A DNA stretch of 17,221 nucleotides from Methanobacteriota archaeon (GTDB taxonomy: Archaea > Methanobacteriota > Methanobacteria > Methanobacteriales > Methanobacteriaceae): NCBI GenBank assembly GCA_963787255.1, contig CAWBCJ010000011.1, positions 1 through 17,221 of the forward strand. The letters run 5' to 3'. The notes beneath the pieces were generated by a model. It did no database searches, had not been told where the DNA came from, and saw only the letters and a list, made by a program, of their open reading frames with translations. Positions 17,160 to 17,221 of the stretch are shown piece after piece. Both the position numbers and the translations under genes were made by a program. Positions within the stretch are counted from its first letter, which is position 1, and each line of letters starts with the position of its first letter.

Positions 17160-17221
17160 ATGAAATTTAAAGGCATTTTAAAAATATTTTTGATAACAAT
17201 TTTAATGATAACAATTTTAAA
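17160..17221 (+). CDS. 5' end of a probable exported or membrane protein (MKFKGILKIFLITILMITIL...), truncated by the window edge
   Basis: Strong RBS GGAGGTGA at 17148-17155, ATG at 17160, and a basic-then-hydrophobic, signal-like N-terminus. Confidence 0.7.
   Translation, partial: MKFKGILKIFLITILMITIL
17191..17220 (+). repeat. Perfect 15-bp tandem duplication TGATAACAATTTTAA x2
   Basis: 17191-17205 is identical to 17206-17220 and in frame with the ORF at 17160. Confidence 0.85.

Noticed and set aside
1-17221. CRISPR arrays, tRNA/rRNA genes, IS elements, defence systems
   Set aside because: No spaced direct repeats, GC-rich structured RNA, transposase/integrase or defence-like ORFs were seen by eye.

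Overview
AT-rich archaeal chromosomal window. The gene set (archaeal LeuRS, CfbA/CbiX-S, DUF35, GGTGA/GGAGG ribosome-binding sites) points to a methanogen, probably Methanobacteriaceae (inference). The left third is a convergent divalent-cation, probably Mg2+, transport locus. On + are an Lrp/AsnC regulator, a stand-alone MgtE cytosolic protein (2 PRC barrels, MgtE-N, CBS pair) and an NRAMP-family transporter with Mg-type DAGG/TIAPW motifs. On - are a PhoU-like/RCK_C protein and an SLC41-like transporter with two tandem MgtE membrane domains. The three transporter-related genes carry five single-base +1 frameshifts that the ORF track splits or truncates; sequencing error is the likeliest cause, although three sit at an in-frame CTT-A. 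The middle is housekeeping: nadE-cutA-leuS, DUF35-cfbA-thiL and an AmmeMemoRadiSam radical SAM gene. The right end holds an orphan PAS-PAS histidine kinase, a RidA-family relic missing its core, a secreted M28-fold protein that has lost its catalytic residues, and the start of another exported protein. No rRNA, tRNA, CRISPR array or mobile element was seen.
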